From assembly GCA_038203565.1 (NCBI GenBank), contig JBBRDV010000030.1, positions 1 to 15,560 of the forward strand: 15,560 nt of DNA, written 5' to 3'. Both the position numbers and the translations under genes were made by a program. This stretch comes from Atribacterota bacterium. Lineage in GTDB: Bacteria > Atribacterota > Phoenicimicrobiia > Phoenicimicrobiales > Phoenicimicrobiaceae. The notes beneath the pieces are model-generated. The model was not told the DNA's origin, searched no databases, and saw only the letters and a list, made by a program, of their open reading frames with translations. Below, piece after piece: positions 1 through 8,123 of this stretch (position 1 is its first letter; each line of letters begins with the position of its first letter).

Positions 1-470
1 CCGGCAATTATTGCTCTTTCTGCTTCATCCCTACTCATAGCCGGCCCCTTAGTCATATTATTCGTTCCATAGGCTATCTTCTTTCTTATTATACTCTCTT
101 CCAAGGGAAAATCTTTAGCTACACCCATATCCACCACCACAATTTCGGCTCCCATATGCCTGGCTAATACATTAATACCTGCTCCCCCTCGAATAAAATT
201 ATATACCATTTGAAAGGTAACTTCTTGAGGATATGCACTTACACCTTCTTTAACCACTCCATGATCCCCGGCCATTACAAATATTACTTTTCTTTTGATT
301 GCTGGGGAAAGAGTTTCGGATATTCCTACTATCCTCCTGGCAAAATCCTCTAATTTTCCCAAGCTTCCCTGAGGCTTGGTAAGATTATCTAATTTTTCTT
401 GTGCTTTTTCCATTAATTTAAAATTAATTGGCTTAATATTTTTAATAATTTTTGCTATTTTTTCATTCAT
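1..470 (-). CDS. cobT: Nicotinate-nucleotide--dimethylbenzimidazole phosphoribosyltransferase, 5' part (runs off the left edge)
   Basis: Not in the ORF track; translated by hand from ATG at 470-468: MNEKIAKIIKNIKPINFKLMEKAQEKLDNLTKPQGSLGKLEDFA...VMAGDHGVVKEGVSAYPQEVTFQMVYNFIRGGAGINVLARHMGAEIVVVDMGV...IAYGTNNMTKGPAMSRDEA. LTKPxGSLGxLE, DHGV, GVSAYP and GGAGINVLA are CobT hallmarks. Overlaps the upstream gene by 8 nt (ATGAATGA). Confidence 0.95.
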   Translation of the reverse strand, partial: MNEKIAKIIKNIKPINFKLMEKAQEKLDNLTKPQGSLGKLEDFARRIVGISETLSPAIKRKVIFVMAGDHGVVKEGVSAYPQEVTFQMVYNFIRGGAGINVLARHMGAEIVVVDMGVAKDFPLEESIIRKKIAYGTNNMTKGPAMSRDEAERAIIA

Positions 471-1155
471 CTTTCTTTTTCTCTGTATTAGTCTTTAATC
501 CGCTATCCCACCAATCTTCAAGATGAGAAGTATCATTTAATAGTGAAATAAATCCTCTATTATCATAATAATCTATAATATTTAAAGCAGTCGGATATTG
601 TTCTATCCTATACATATATTTCAATTCTAAATTTAGTACATTACTTAAAATAACTCGGATGGTTCCACCATGACAGACTAGACCAACAGTTTTATCTTTA
701 TCTTCTCTTTTGAGTTCTTCTAATATTCTGTTTAACTCAGTCATTACTCGATTATTTAAATCAACTAAACTTTCCCCCTGAGGTATACTAACTTCCACAT
801 TAATATTTTCCAACCAAGATTTTACTTCAATACCATTTTCATATTTTGACATAACTTCCTCAAAGGTATATCCTTCCCAGGCTCCAAAATTTATTTCTCT
901 AAATTTAGAATTCGTGATAATGTCTATCCCCCGATCTTTAAATATAATCTCTGCAGTACGTTGAGCTCTCTTTAAATCACTACAATAAACTACATCTACT
1001 GGTAACTCTTTCAAGCGATAGGCTAATCTCTTTGCTTGCCATATTCCTTTTTCGGTTAAGTCTACATCCTGAAAACCAGAAAATATCCCCTGGACATTAC
1101 CATAACTTTCTCCATGCCGAATTAAAATTAACTTTATTGGCATTATTATAAGCAT
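463..1155 (-). CDS. cobC: Histidine phosphatase family protein, probable alpha-ribazole-5'-phosphate phosphatase
   Basis: RHGES, SDLKRA, REINFGAWEG, GES and VCHGG motifs; overlaps cobT. True start may be the ATG at 1143 (MPIKL), because AAGGAG lies only 1 nt before the 1155 ATG. Confidence 0.85.
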   Translation of the reverse strand: MLIIMPIKLILIRHGESYGNVQGIFSGFQDVDLTEKGIWQAKRLAYRLKELPVDVVYCSDLKRAQRTAEIIFKDRGIDIITNSKFREINFGAWEGYTFEEVMSKYENGIEVKSWLENINVEVSIPQGESLVDLNNRVMTELNRILEELKREDKDKTVGLVCHGGTIRVILSNVLNLELKYMYRIEQYPTALNIIDYYDNRGFISLLNDTSHLEDWWDSGLKTNTEKKKDE

Positions 1156-1217
1156 TCTCCTTTTCTTAATATTATGGGGATCCAGGCATAAAAAATAAAA
1201 AAATACAATTTAGGTGT

Positions 1218-1838
1218 TTAGAAAGAAAAGATTATTTTCGCTGCATCATAGATGAATTTAGTACTAAAAAATAAGAGAAAAATCCCGCATATTACAAATA
1301 AAACCTGCTGGAGTCTTTTACCAAAAAACTGACCGCCTTTAAAAGATAAAGCAGAAAGAAAGTACAACCATAAAAAATCACATGACCAATGGGCAATCAT
1401 AAAGATAGTAAAACCGAGTAATCCAAAAGCATACGAGCGGAAAATCAGAATAGAACCGATAGTTGCCATCCACACCAGAAAATAAGGATTAGCCAGAGTG
1501 AGTATAATTCCAGCCAGCAGGGGAGAACTTGGACCATTAACTGAATCAATTCTTACTTGTTTAATTCCCTTAAGTAAGCCAAGGCCCATCTTCAGGAGAA
1601 ATAAACCGCCAAGTAAACCTATTATCGCTTTAATATAAGTAATTTTTAATAGATCACCAAAACCATAAAGTATTAGAATCATTAAGGGAATTTCTACTAT
1701 ACCATGTCCCAGGGCAATCATTGCTCCGGCATGAGGAGATTTAGTCCCCTTGCTGACTGTTATAGCAGTAACAGGTCCGGGAGCTATAACTCCGGATAAA
1801 GATATTAAGACTGCTTCTAATAAAAAAGCTGATAGCAA
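1218..1838 (-). CDS. LysE family translocator/exporter
   Basis: 206 aa, about 6 hydrophobic segments, N-terminal SGVIAPGP, GGLFLLKMG and central LANPYFLVW motifs. TTG start with AAGGAG 9 nt upstream. Confidence 0.9.
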   Translation of the reverse strand: MLSAFLLEAVLISLSGVIAPGPVTAITVSKGTKSPHAGAMIALGHGIVEIPLMILILYGFGDLLKITYIKAIIGLLGGLFLLKMGLGLLKGIKQVRIDSVNGPSSPLLAGIILTLANPYFLVWMATIGSILIFRSYAFGLLGFTIFMIAHWSCDFLWLYFLSALSFKGGQFFGKRLQQVLFVICGIFLLFFSTKFIYDAAKIIFSF

Positions 1839-1891
1839 TAATTTTTACTCCTTAGTAGGTAATATGACTATTTTCCCACCACTACCCTACT

Positions 1892-4800
1892 TTAAGCTGT
1901 ATTTATAGCCCCTCTTTTTTTGGTTATTTTTTGGCTTAAATCATCCAAAAAAGTATAAAAAACGGGAACAATAATCAAAGATAAAAAGGTGGATGAACTC
2001 AAACCTCCGATGATGGTAATCGCCATCGGTGCCCGAAGCTCCGCGCCTTCGCCAATACCCATTGCCATTGGAACCAGAGCAAGAACTGTGGTAAACATGG
2101 TCATCAAAATAGGTCTTAAACGGGTTTCCCCTCCTACAATGATGGCTTCTTTCCTTTCCATCCCCTTTTGCCGAAGTTGATTAACATAATCAATCAAAAC
2201 GATACTGTTATTGACCACAATCCCTACCAGCATGATAATACCGATATAAGAAAGAACATTCAAACTTTTACCGGTCAGTAATAAGCCCAAAATAACTCCT
2301 ATTAAAGAAAAAGGAACAGAAAACATGACTGCAAGGGGCATTAAAAGGGATTCAAACTGAGCAGCAATGATCATATAAACCAGGATAATGGATAAAACCA
2401 ATGCCAGGGCAAGTTGCAAAAATGACTCTTGCATTTCTCTGTTTTGCCCAACAAATTCATAGCGATAACCCTCGGGTAATACTAATTTTTCCAATTTCTG
2501 CTGAGCATCCTGAATCACTTTACCTAAAAAGCGGTTACTGATATTTCCGGAAATATTCACTATCCTCTGCTGATTTTCACGGTCAATCCCTTTAGGTCCG
2601 GAACCCACTGTTACTTCTGCAATTTCCTTTAAAGGAATTTGTAATCCCACGCTGGAACTAATCAGAAGATTTTCCACTTCCTTTATGCTGTTTCTATCTT
2701 CCTCATCCAATCTAATCCGAATATCAATTTGTTCTCCTTTTTCCTGATAAATACTGGCGACTCTACCTAAAAGAGCATCATGAACGGTAGACGCAATCTG
2801 AGCAGTATTTAAACCATAGAGATTTGCTTTTTCGCGGTCAATATTCACATGTAATTCCGGACGTACATCTTCTATGCTACTCTCCAGATCACGCACCCCT
2901 TCTACCTCTGCTATCGATATCAAAATACGATTGGCGATATTTTCCAATTCATCCAATGAATCACCGGATATTTTAACTTCTAAACCCGATCCGGAGGAAA
3001 AGGTAAAACTTTGTTCCGAAAATTTTATTTGGGCATCCGGATAAGTACCAATTTTTTGCCTTAATTCGTTAATAATCTGCGCCATACTTCTATTTCTCTT
3101 ATTCTGTTCCACCAGATTAACCATAATGGTGCCGCTGTTACCACCTTCGGTACTAAATCCCATTCCACCGGAGCCCTCTCCTGCTGTAGTTAACATACTT
3201 TTTATTTCCGGTATTTCCAAGACAATTTTTTCCACTTCACTCACAACTTCTCTGGTAGTTTCCAGATTTGTCCCGGTGGGTAAAGTAATATTAACATTAA
3301 ATTGTCCCTGGTCACTCGAAGGAACGAACTCTGTTCCTACAAAGGGTATCAACATGATTGACCCGACAAAAATAATCACTGCCAGGATAAATACAATTCC
3401 CCGGTGCCTTAAAGACCAGGTAAGTGATCTACTATATTCTTCTCTCACAAAATTAAAAATTTTTCCACCCTGATTAAGAGAATTTTGAACTAACTTTTCT
3501 TTAGAAATAGATTGGCTACTATCCTTCACTTTAAAGTGTAAAATTTTTGAAGAAAGCATGGGTACAAGGGTTAAAGCCACCAATAAAGAGGTTAAAAGAG
3601 AAAAAGTAATGGTATATCCCATAGGCCTAAATAATTCACTGGCAATTCCCTGAACATATACAATGGGTAAAAATACAGCAATAGTAGTAAAGGTGGAAGC
3701 AGAAATCGCCGTGCTTACTTCACTTGCACCCAAACAAGCTGATTCTTTACTATCGGTTCCTAATTCTCTATACCTGAAAATGTTTTCCAAAACGACAATG
3801 GAATTATCCACCATCATACCGATTCCCAGGACTAAACCGCCCAGGGTCATCATATTCAAGGTTAAATTGGAAAAATAAAGCAGAGTAAAGGTAAAAATCA
3901 AAGAAATAGGTATGGCAAAGCTAATAATTAGTGTACTGCTTAAATTACCCAGGAAAAAGAATAGAACAAGTACTGCTAAAATCGCCCCGTATAAAGCCAC
4001 CCATCCCACTTGCGAAATGGTCTTTTTGATGAAATCGGAAGAATCAAAAACCGGGGTAATAGATATATCTTCAGGCAGCAATTTTTGAATAGTCTCGAGT
4101 TCTTTGAATACCCTTTTAGCTACAGTAACCGTATTTTTACCCGATTCTTTCTGTAAGCTCAACATGATACCGGGTTTTCCGTTTACATAGGTAATTGAAT
4201 TTCTTTCCTTAAAGGTATCTTCAACTTTAGCAATATCAGCTAAATAAATATTGTTTCCCCGAATATTAGAGATTAATATCCCTTCGATATCTTGAATGCT
4301 TTTAAAACTTCCCAAAGTCCTGATAAGAAAATTAATGGTACCTTCTTTTAATGTTCCTGCCGGTAAATTAACATTTTCTCCGGCCAAAGCAGCAGTCACC
4401 TGATTAAAACTTAACTGTTTAGAACGGAGTTTTTCATTATCAATCGAAACCAGGATTTCTCTATCCAAACCACCGTTAATTGACACGCTGGCAACCTCTT
4501 CCAATCTTTCCAAACGGGGTTTGATTATATCTTCCGCATATTTCTGTAATTTTTGTAAATCTTCGTCCTCCGAATCCATTCCCAAAACCAAAATTGGCAT
4601 TAATGAAGGGTCAAATTTAATGACCATCGGATCACTGGCATCATCAGGAAGAAAGCTTTTGACCTGGTCAATCTTTTCCCGAATGTTCAAAGCACTGACA
4701 TCCATATCTGTTCCCCAGTTAAATTCCATCAAAACAACAGAGCTTCCCTCCCGAGAATAAGAGGAAATTTTTTTTACGCCCTGAATGGTGCCAACCGCTC

Positions 4801-5005
4801 CTTCCAGAGGAATCGTAACCATATTTTCTATTTCCTGAGGAGCTACTCCCGAATAGGAAACGATAATAGCTGACATTGGAAAGGATAGGTCAGGCAATAA
4901 ATCCAATCCTAAATTTTGATAAGAAATAAGGCCAATTAGAATTAACCCGATAAAAAGCATTAAAATGGTAACCGGTCGGTTGACCGAAAAATTTGGTAAA
5001 TTCAA
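1892..5005 (-). CDS. Efflux RND transporter permease subunit (AcrB/AcrD/AcrF family)
   Basis: 1037 aa; N-terminal NRPV...DLLPD, TM4 GMMVDNSIVVLENI, TM10 GIVVNNSIVLIDY, RLRPILMT, PMAITIIGGL. TTG start; GGAGG lies in the last codons of the upstream gene (2-nt gap). Confidence 0.96.
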   Translation of the reverse strand: MNLPNFSVNRPVTILMLFIGLILIGLISYQNLGLDLLPDLSFPMSAIIVSYSGVAPQEIENMVTIPLEGAVGTIQGVKKISSYSREGSSVVLMEFNWGTDMDVSALNIREKIDQVKSFLPDDASDPMVIKFDPSLMPILVLGMDSEDEDLQKLQKYAEDIIKPRLERLEEVASVSINGGLDREILVSIDNEKLRSKQLSFNQVTAALAGENVNLPAGTLKEGTINFLIRTLGSFKSIQDIEGILISNIRGNNIYLADIAKVEDTFKERNSITYVNGKPGIMLSLQKESGKNTVTVAKRVFKELETIQKLLPEDISITPVFDSSDFIKKTISQVGWVALYGAILAVLVLFFFLGNLSSTLIISFAIPISLIFTFTLLYFSNLTLNMMTLGGLVLGIGMMVDNSIVVLENIFRYRELGTDSKESACLGASEVSTAISASTFTTIAVFLPIVYVQGIASELFRPMGYTITFSLLTSLLVALTLVPMLSSKILHFKVKDSSQSISKEKLVQNSLNQGGKIFNFVREEYSRSLTWSLRHRGIVFILAVIIFVGSIMLIPFVGTEFVPSSDQGQFNVNITLPTGTNLETTREVVSEVEKIVLEIPEIKSMLTTAGEGSGGMGFSTEGGNSGTIMVNLVEQNKRNRSMAQIINELRQKIGTYPDAQIKFSEQSFTFSSGSGLEVKISGDSLDELENIANRILISIAEVEGVRDLESSIEDVRPELHVNIDREKANLYGLNTAQIASTVHDALLGRVASIYQEKGEQIDIRIRLDEEDRNSIKEVENLLISSSVGLQIPLKEIAEVTVGSGPKGIDRENQQRIVNISGNISNRFLGKVIQDAQQKLEKLVLPEGYRYEFVGQNREMQESFLQLALALVLSIILVYMIIAAQFESLLMPLAVMFSVPFSLIGVILGLLLTGKSLNVLSYIGIIMLVGIVVNNSIVLIDYVNQLRQKGMERKEAIIVGGETRLRPILMTMFTTVLALVPMAMGIGEGAELRAPMAITIIGGLSSSTFLSLIIVPVFYTFLDDLSQKITKKRGAINTA

Positions 5006-5007
5006 TT

Positions 5008-6288
5008 CTATTCCTCCTTATCCAGCACGTCTACTTTTAATCCGTCTTGCAAATCTTGATTACCAAGTACCACAATCTCTTCTTTTTCTGACAGTCCTTT
5101 CAATATCTCCACACGCTCATCCTGAATAATCCCTAAAACGACTTCTTTTTGTCTGGCTATCCCCTCTTCAATCACATAAACATATATCCCGTCTCTTTTT
5201 CTGGTTAAAGCACTGGAAGGAACGATTAATGCACCCTGATTGGTTTTTACAAGAATACCTCCCCGGGCAAAAACACCAACAGGAATATCCATTTTCGGTT
5301 GAAGTATTTCAATTTTTACCTCCAGCGTCTTACTCATTTGATCGACCGCCACGCCTTTGGAAACAACTTCTCCTAGGAATTTTTCTTCCGGAAAAGCATC
5401 AATTTCAAGACTTATTTTCTGACCTTCTTTTATTTGAGAAATATCTTTCTCTGAAATTCCTACTTTAACAAATAGCCTGCTTACATCTATGATAGACAAT
5501 AAAGGTAGGGAAGGAGAAACCATCTCACCGGAACTTACCACGATGGAAGTCACTCTGCCGCTAATAGGAGCAATAATTTTTGCATTACTCAATTGATATT
5601 TAGCCATATCCAAAACTGCTTTGGCCTGTCTCACCTGAGCTTCAACTGATTTTATATCTTCTTCCCTTGCCCCTTCTATGACCAATCCATAACTTTCCTG
5701 GGCTGACTGATACTGCACATCTGCAATCTCATATTGATTTTTCGCCTGTTCATATTGTTGTTCGGATATTGCCTTTTCGGAAGAAAGTTTTTTCATTCGC
5801 AGATAATTTTCCTCTGCGCTATCCCGATTCATTTTGGCTTGAAGCACAGCTGATTCCGCCTGCTTAATTTCTTGAGGACGTGCCCCGGATTTGATTTTAT
5901 TAGAAGAGGCCTGAATAGAATCCAATGTTGCCTGAGCTTGCGCCACCTGAATTTTAATTTGTTCATCACCAAGGGCAATGAGTATATCTCCCTTATTAAC
6001 CTCTTCCCCATCTTTTACTTTGACTTCTTTGACTTGTCCCATTATTTCAGAAGTTACTCTTACCGTTTCATTCGCTTCCACTACACCGGTCACCTTTAAA
6101 AAAGAATTAACTTCCCCTTTTTCCACCAGAGCAGTTCTTACCGGAATAATGATTTCTTCTTTTATTTGTGATTTCTGAACTTCTTCCTGCTTTCTTTCAT
6201 TCAATGTATTGACAATTCGAAATGCCAATAAACCAATAATAACAATGAACAAAAAGATGAAAAAGAATGTTCTTTTCTTAATTTTCAT
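5008..6288 (-). CDS. Efflux RND transporter periplasmic adaptor (membrane fusion protein)
   Basis: N-terminal TM anchor; lipoyl half-motifs (GQVKEVKVKDGEEVNKGDIL; IIAPISGRV...SGEMV); long coiled-coil hairpin with repeated GARPQEI/GAREEDI; C-terminal VEILKGL...VVLG. Confidence 0.95.
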   Translation of the reverse strand: MKIKKRTFFFIFLFIVIIGLLAFRIVNTLNERKQEEVQKSQIKEEIIIPVRTALVEKGEVNSFLKVTGVVEANETVRVTSEIMGQVKEVKVKDGEEVNKGDILIALGDEQIKIQVAQAQATLDSIQASSNKIKSGARPQEIKQAESAVLQAKMNRDSAEENYLRMKKLSSEKAISEQQYEQAKNQYEIADVQYQSAQESYGLVIEGAREEDIKSVEAQVRQAKAVLDMAKYQLSNAKIIAPISGRVTSIVVSSGEMVSPSLPLLSIIDVSRLFVKVGISEKDISQIKEGQKISLEIDAFPEEKFLGEVVSKGVAVDQMSKTLEVKIEILQPKMDIPVGVFARGGILVKTNQGALIVPSSALTRKRDGIYVYVIEEGIARQKEVVLGIIQDERVEILKGLSEKEEIVVLGNQDLQDGLKVDVLDKEE

Positions 6289-6435
6289 AAAATATTTCCT
6301 CTCCGTTATAAAAAATAGTCTTTTCTTTCTTTTAAAATATGATTATCTGAAAATCCTTATACTGAATACTGAAATAAATAAAATAAACCAGTATTAAAGG
6401 ATTATTTTTATACATTTATTTATTTATCAATTTTT

Positions 6436-7743
6436 TTAATTGTACATTCCCGCTGCTTTAACCAGCGCAGCACGATTGATATTGTAATCATAAAGAGCAT
6501 TTAAATAATTAGTCTCAGCTTCAATAAGGGTACTTTGGGCATCAATCACTTCTGTATTTGTTGCAATGCCTTCATTATATTTTACCTGAGCAATACGAAA
6601 ACTTTCCTGGGAATTTTTTATGCCTTCTTCGGCTACCTTAATTAATTTTTCTGCTTCTTTCATATTCAAATAAGCAGAACGTACTTCAAATTCAATGAAT
6701 TGCCGCACTTGCTTTTCACTTTGGTCAACCTGAGCAAGCTTTATCTCCGCCTGTTCGATCTTGGCTTTGTTAACGCCGCCATCCAAGAGAGAATATTCTG
6801 CTACGACCATAGCCTGCCAACCGGTGATTCCCGACTCAGCACTTAATATTACCTGGGGTTTTCTATTACTTTTGGCCACATCAACCATTTCTTCCATCAT
6901 CCTTCTTTGCTGGGCAATATTCATGATTTCGGATCGATTCTCTCCAGCCTGAGCTAAAGCATCTTCCAGATTAATTTCGCAGGGTTCATAGGATAAATTA
7001 TTCTCCAACACCAATTCGGTATTTAAATCAATCCCCATGATAGAATTAATATTGTACATTGTCAGTTCAAAACCATTTTCTGCCTTGATCAGATTATGGT
7101 CGAGATTAGATAACTGTGATTTAATTCGATTCAAGTCTATCGGGGCAATCATTCCTTCTTTTAATAGTGCTTCCGCTGATTCCAGGTGAGCTTGCATCTG
7201 CTTGACTGCTTGAGTACTTACTTTTTTTATACCTTCAGCTTGCAGGACCTGGTAATAAGCCTCAGTAACTTTATAAATAATTTCCTGTTTTTCTTTCTCC
7301 AGATCATTCAGAGAAATTTGCTTATTGGTTTTTGCCTGATCGATTAGTGATTCTATTTTGCCTCCGCTATAAAGAATTTTTGTGGCGCTGACAGAAATAA
7401 TCGGAGCCCCTTGACCAATAGCAAAAAGACTGCTATAATCACCTGCCGCTATATCTTCCTCATTAGGAGTTTCACTCATCTGAAGGTAGCCGCCTCGTAA
7501 TTTCATATTCAATTTTTTTGCTCCCTCGGCTTCTTTAACCTGAGCCTGACTTACATCTACCACCGATTCAGATATTTTATAACCTATATTATTCTCCAAA
7601 GCAATTTGAATACTCTCTTCCAAGTTTAAATTCATTGGAGAGGAGGCTGCAAAGACGACTAAAGGACTTATCAATGAAAATACCAATCCAAAGAGAAGAG
7701 TGGAAATAACTCTCCTTAAAAAATGACTTTTTTTAAATTTCAT
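6436..7743 (-). CDS. TolC family outer membrane efflux protein
   Basis: Two OEP repeats (LNLEESIQIALENN, LYSGG, VTEAYYQVL; LLDGG, VRSAYLN, KYNEGIATNTEVIDAQ). Start moved from the track's GTG at 7752 to ATG at 7743, which has AAGGAG 8 nt upstream. Sec-type signal ending VFA, no lipobox Cys. Confidence 0.93.
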   Translation of the reverse strand: MKFKKSHFLRRVISTLLFGLVFSLISPLVVFAASSPMNLNLEESIQIALENNIGYKISESVVDVSQAQVKEAEGAKKLNMKLRGGYLQMSETPNEEDIAAGDYSSLFAIGQGAPIISVSATKILYSGGKIESLIDQAKTNKQISLNDLEKEKQEIIYKVTEAYYQVLQAEGIKKVSTQAVKQMQAHLESAEALLKEGMIAPIDLNRIKSQLSNLDHNLIKAENGFELTMYNINSIMGIDLNTELVLENNLSYEPCEINLEDALAQAGENRSEIMNIAQQRRMMEEMVDVAKSNRKPQVILSAESGITGWQAMVVAEYSLLDGGVNKAKIEQAEIKLAQVDQSEKQVRQFIEFEVRSAYLNMKEAEKLIKVAEEGIKNSQESFRIAQVKYNEGIATNTEVIDAQSTLIEAETNYLNALYDYNINRAALVKAAGMYN

Positions 7744-7764
7744 TTTTATCACTCCTTATTTTCT

Positions 7765-8028
7765 TTATTTTTCACCTGTTTTTAAACTTTCTACACTGTC
7801 AGTATTTCTCCCAAATAATTGCTCGGTCAATTTCTTAAACACTTCCTGCATTCCAATAAGTGACTGGGTTTTCAAAACTGCAAAGCTATCCTGTTGAGGA
7901 CCAGAAAGGATAACCAATTGTTCTTCGGAGGCAATTGACAGTTTTTTCCGTAATTTTGCCGGAATGATGATTTGCCCCTTTTTCCCTACAGTAACTGTTG
8001 CAAAATATAAATCAGAATGATCAAACAT
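7765..8028 (-). CDS. AbrB/MazE/SpoVT family DNA-binding protein
   Basis: 87 aa with VTVGKKGQIIIPAKLRKKLSI, the swapped-hairpin signature; AAGGAG RBS upstream. Confidence 0.9.
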   Translation of the reverse strand: MFDHSDLYFATVTVGKKGQIIIPAKLRKKLSIASEEQLVILSGPQQDSFAVLKTQSLIGMQEVFKKLTEQLFGRNTDSVESLKTGEK

Positions 8029-8053
8029 TTTTCATCTCCTTTTTTCTGAATCG

Positions 8054-8095
8054 TCTTACATGTTGGATATTTAGTATTTTTCTTACTTTTAGTAA
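8054..8095. promoter_or_regulatory. Candidate operator repeats over and downstream of the predicted transcription start
   Basis: Palindrome TTACT-ttt-AGTAA (8083-8095); TCTTAC at 8054-8059 and 8081-8086; TTTAGTA at 8070-8076 and 8088-8094. Function inferred. Confidence 0.5.
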
Positions 8096-8123
8096 TAATA
8101 TCAAGCTTCACATACATTGTCAA
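8095..8123 (-). promoter_or_regulatory. Sigma70-type promoter for the AbrB-TolC-MFP-RND operon
   Basis: Minus strand reads TTGACA (8123-8118), 17 nt, TATTAT (8100-8095), with an extended -10 (TGaTATTAT). Predicted start about 60 nt before the ATG at 8028. Confidence 0.8.

Noticed and set aside
1156..1217. Cobalamin riboswitch before cobC/cobT
   Set aside because: The 62-nt gap is too short and shows no B12-box; none seen in other spacers either.
1989..4760. Plus-strand ORFs 1989-2180, 3126-3473, 3663-3878 and 4521-4760
   Set aside because: Antisense shadows inside the RND gene with no recognisable motifs.
1892..5005. Heavy-metal RND (CzcA/CusA) assignment, tempting given cob genes and corA
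   Set aside because: TM4 lacks the DFGxxxD motif of heavy-metal RNDs; the sequence fits the AcrB-like group.
5229..6397. ORFs 5229-5468, 5829-6011, 5872-6099, 5978-6178 and 6209-6397
   Set aside because: Overlap the adaptor gene antisense or out of frame; no family features.
6761..6952. 63-aa plus-strand ORF
   Set aside because: Antisense shadow of tolC.
7744..7752. GTG start for tolC given by the ORF track
   Set aside because: The GTG overlaps the Shine-Dalgarno sequence; ATG at 7743 has proper spacing.
7765..8028. Type II toxin-antitoxin module
   Set aside because: No toxin ORF on either side; the next gene is tolC.
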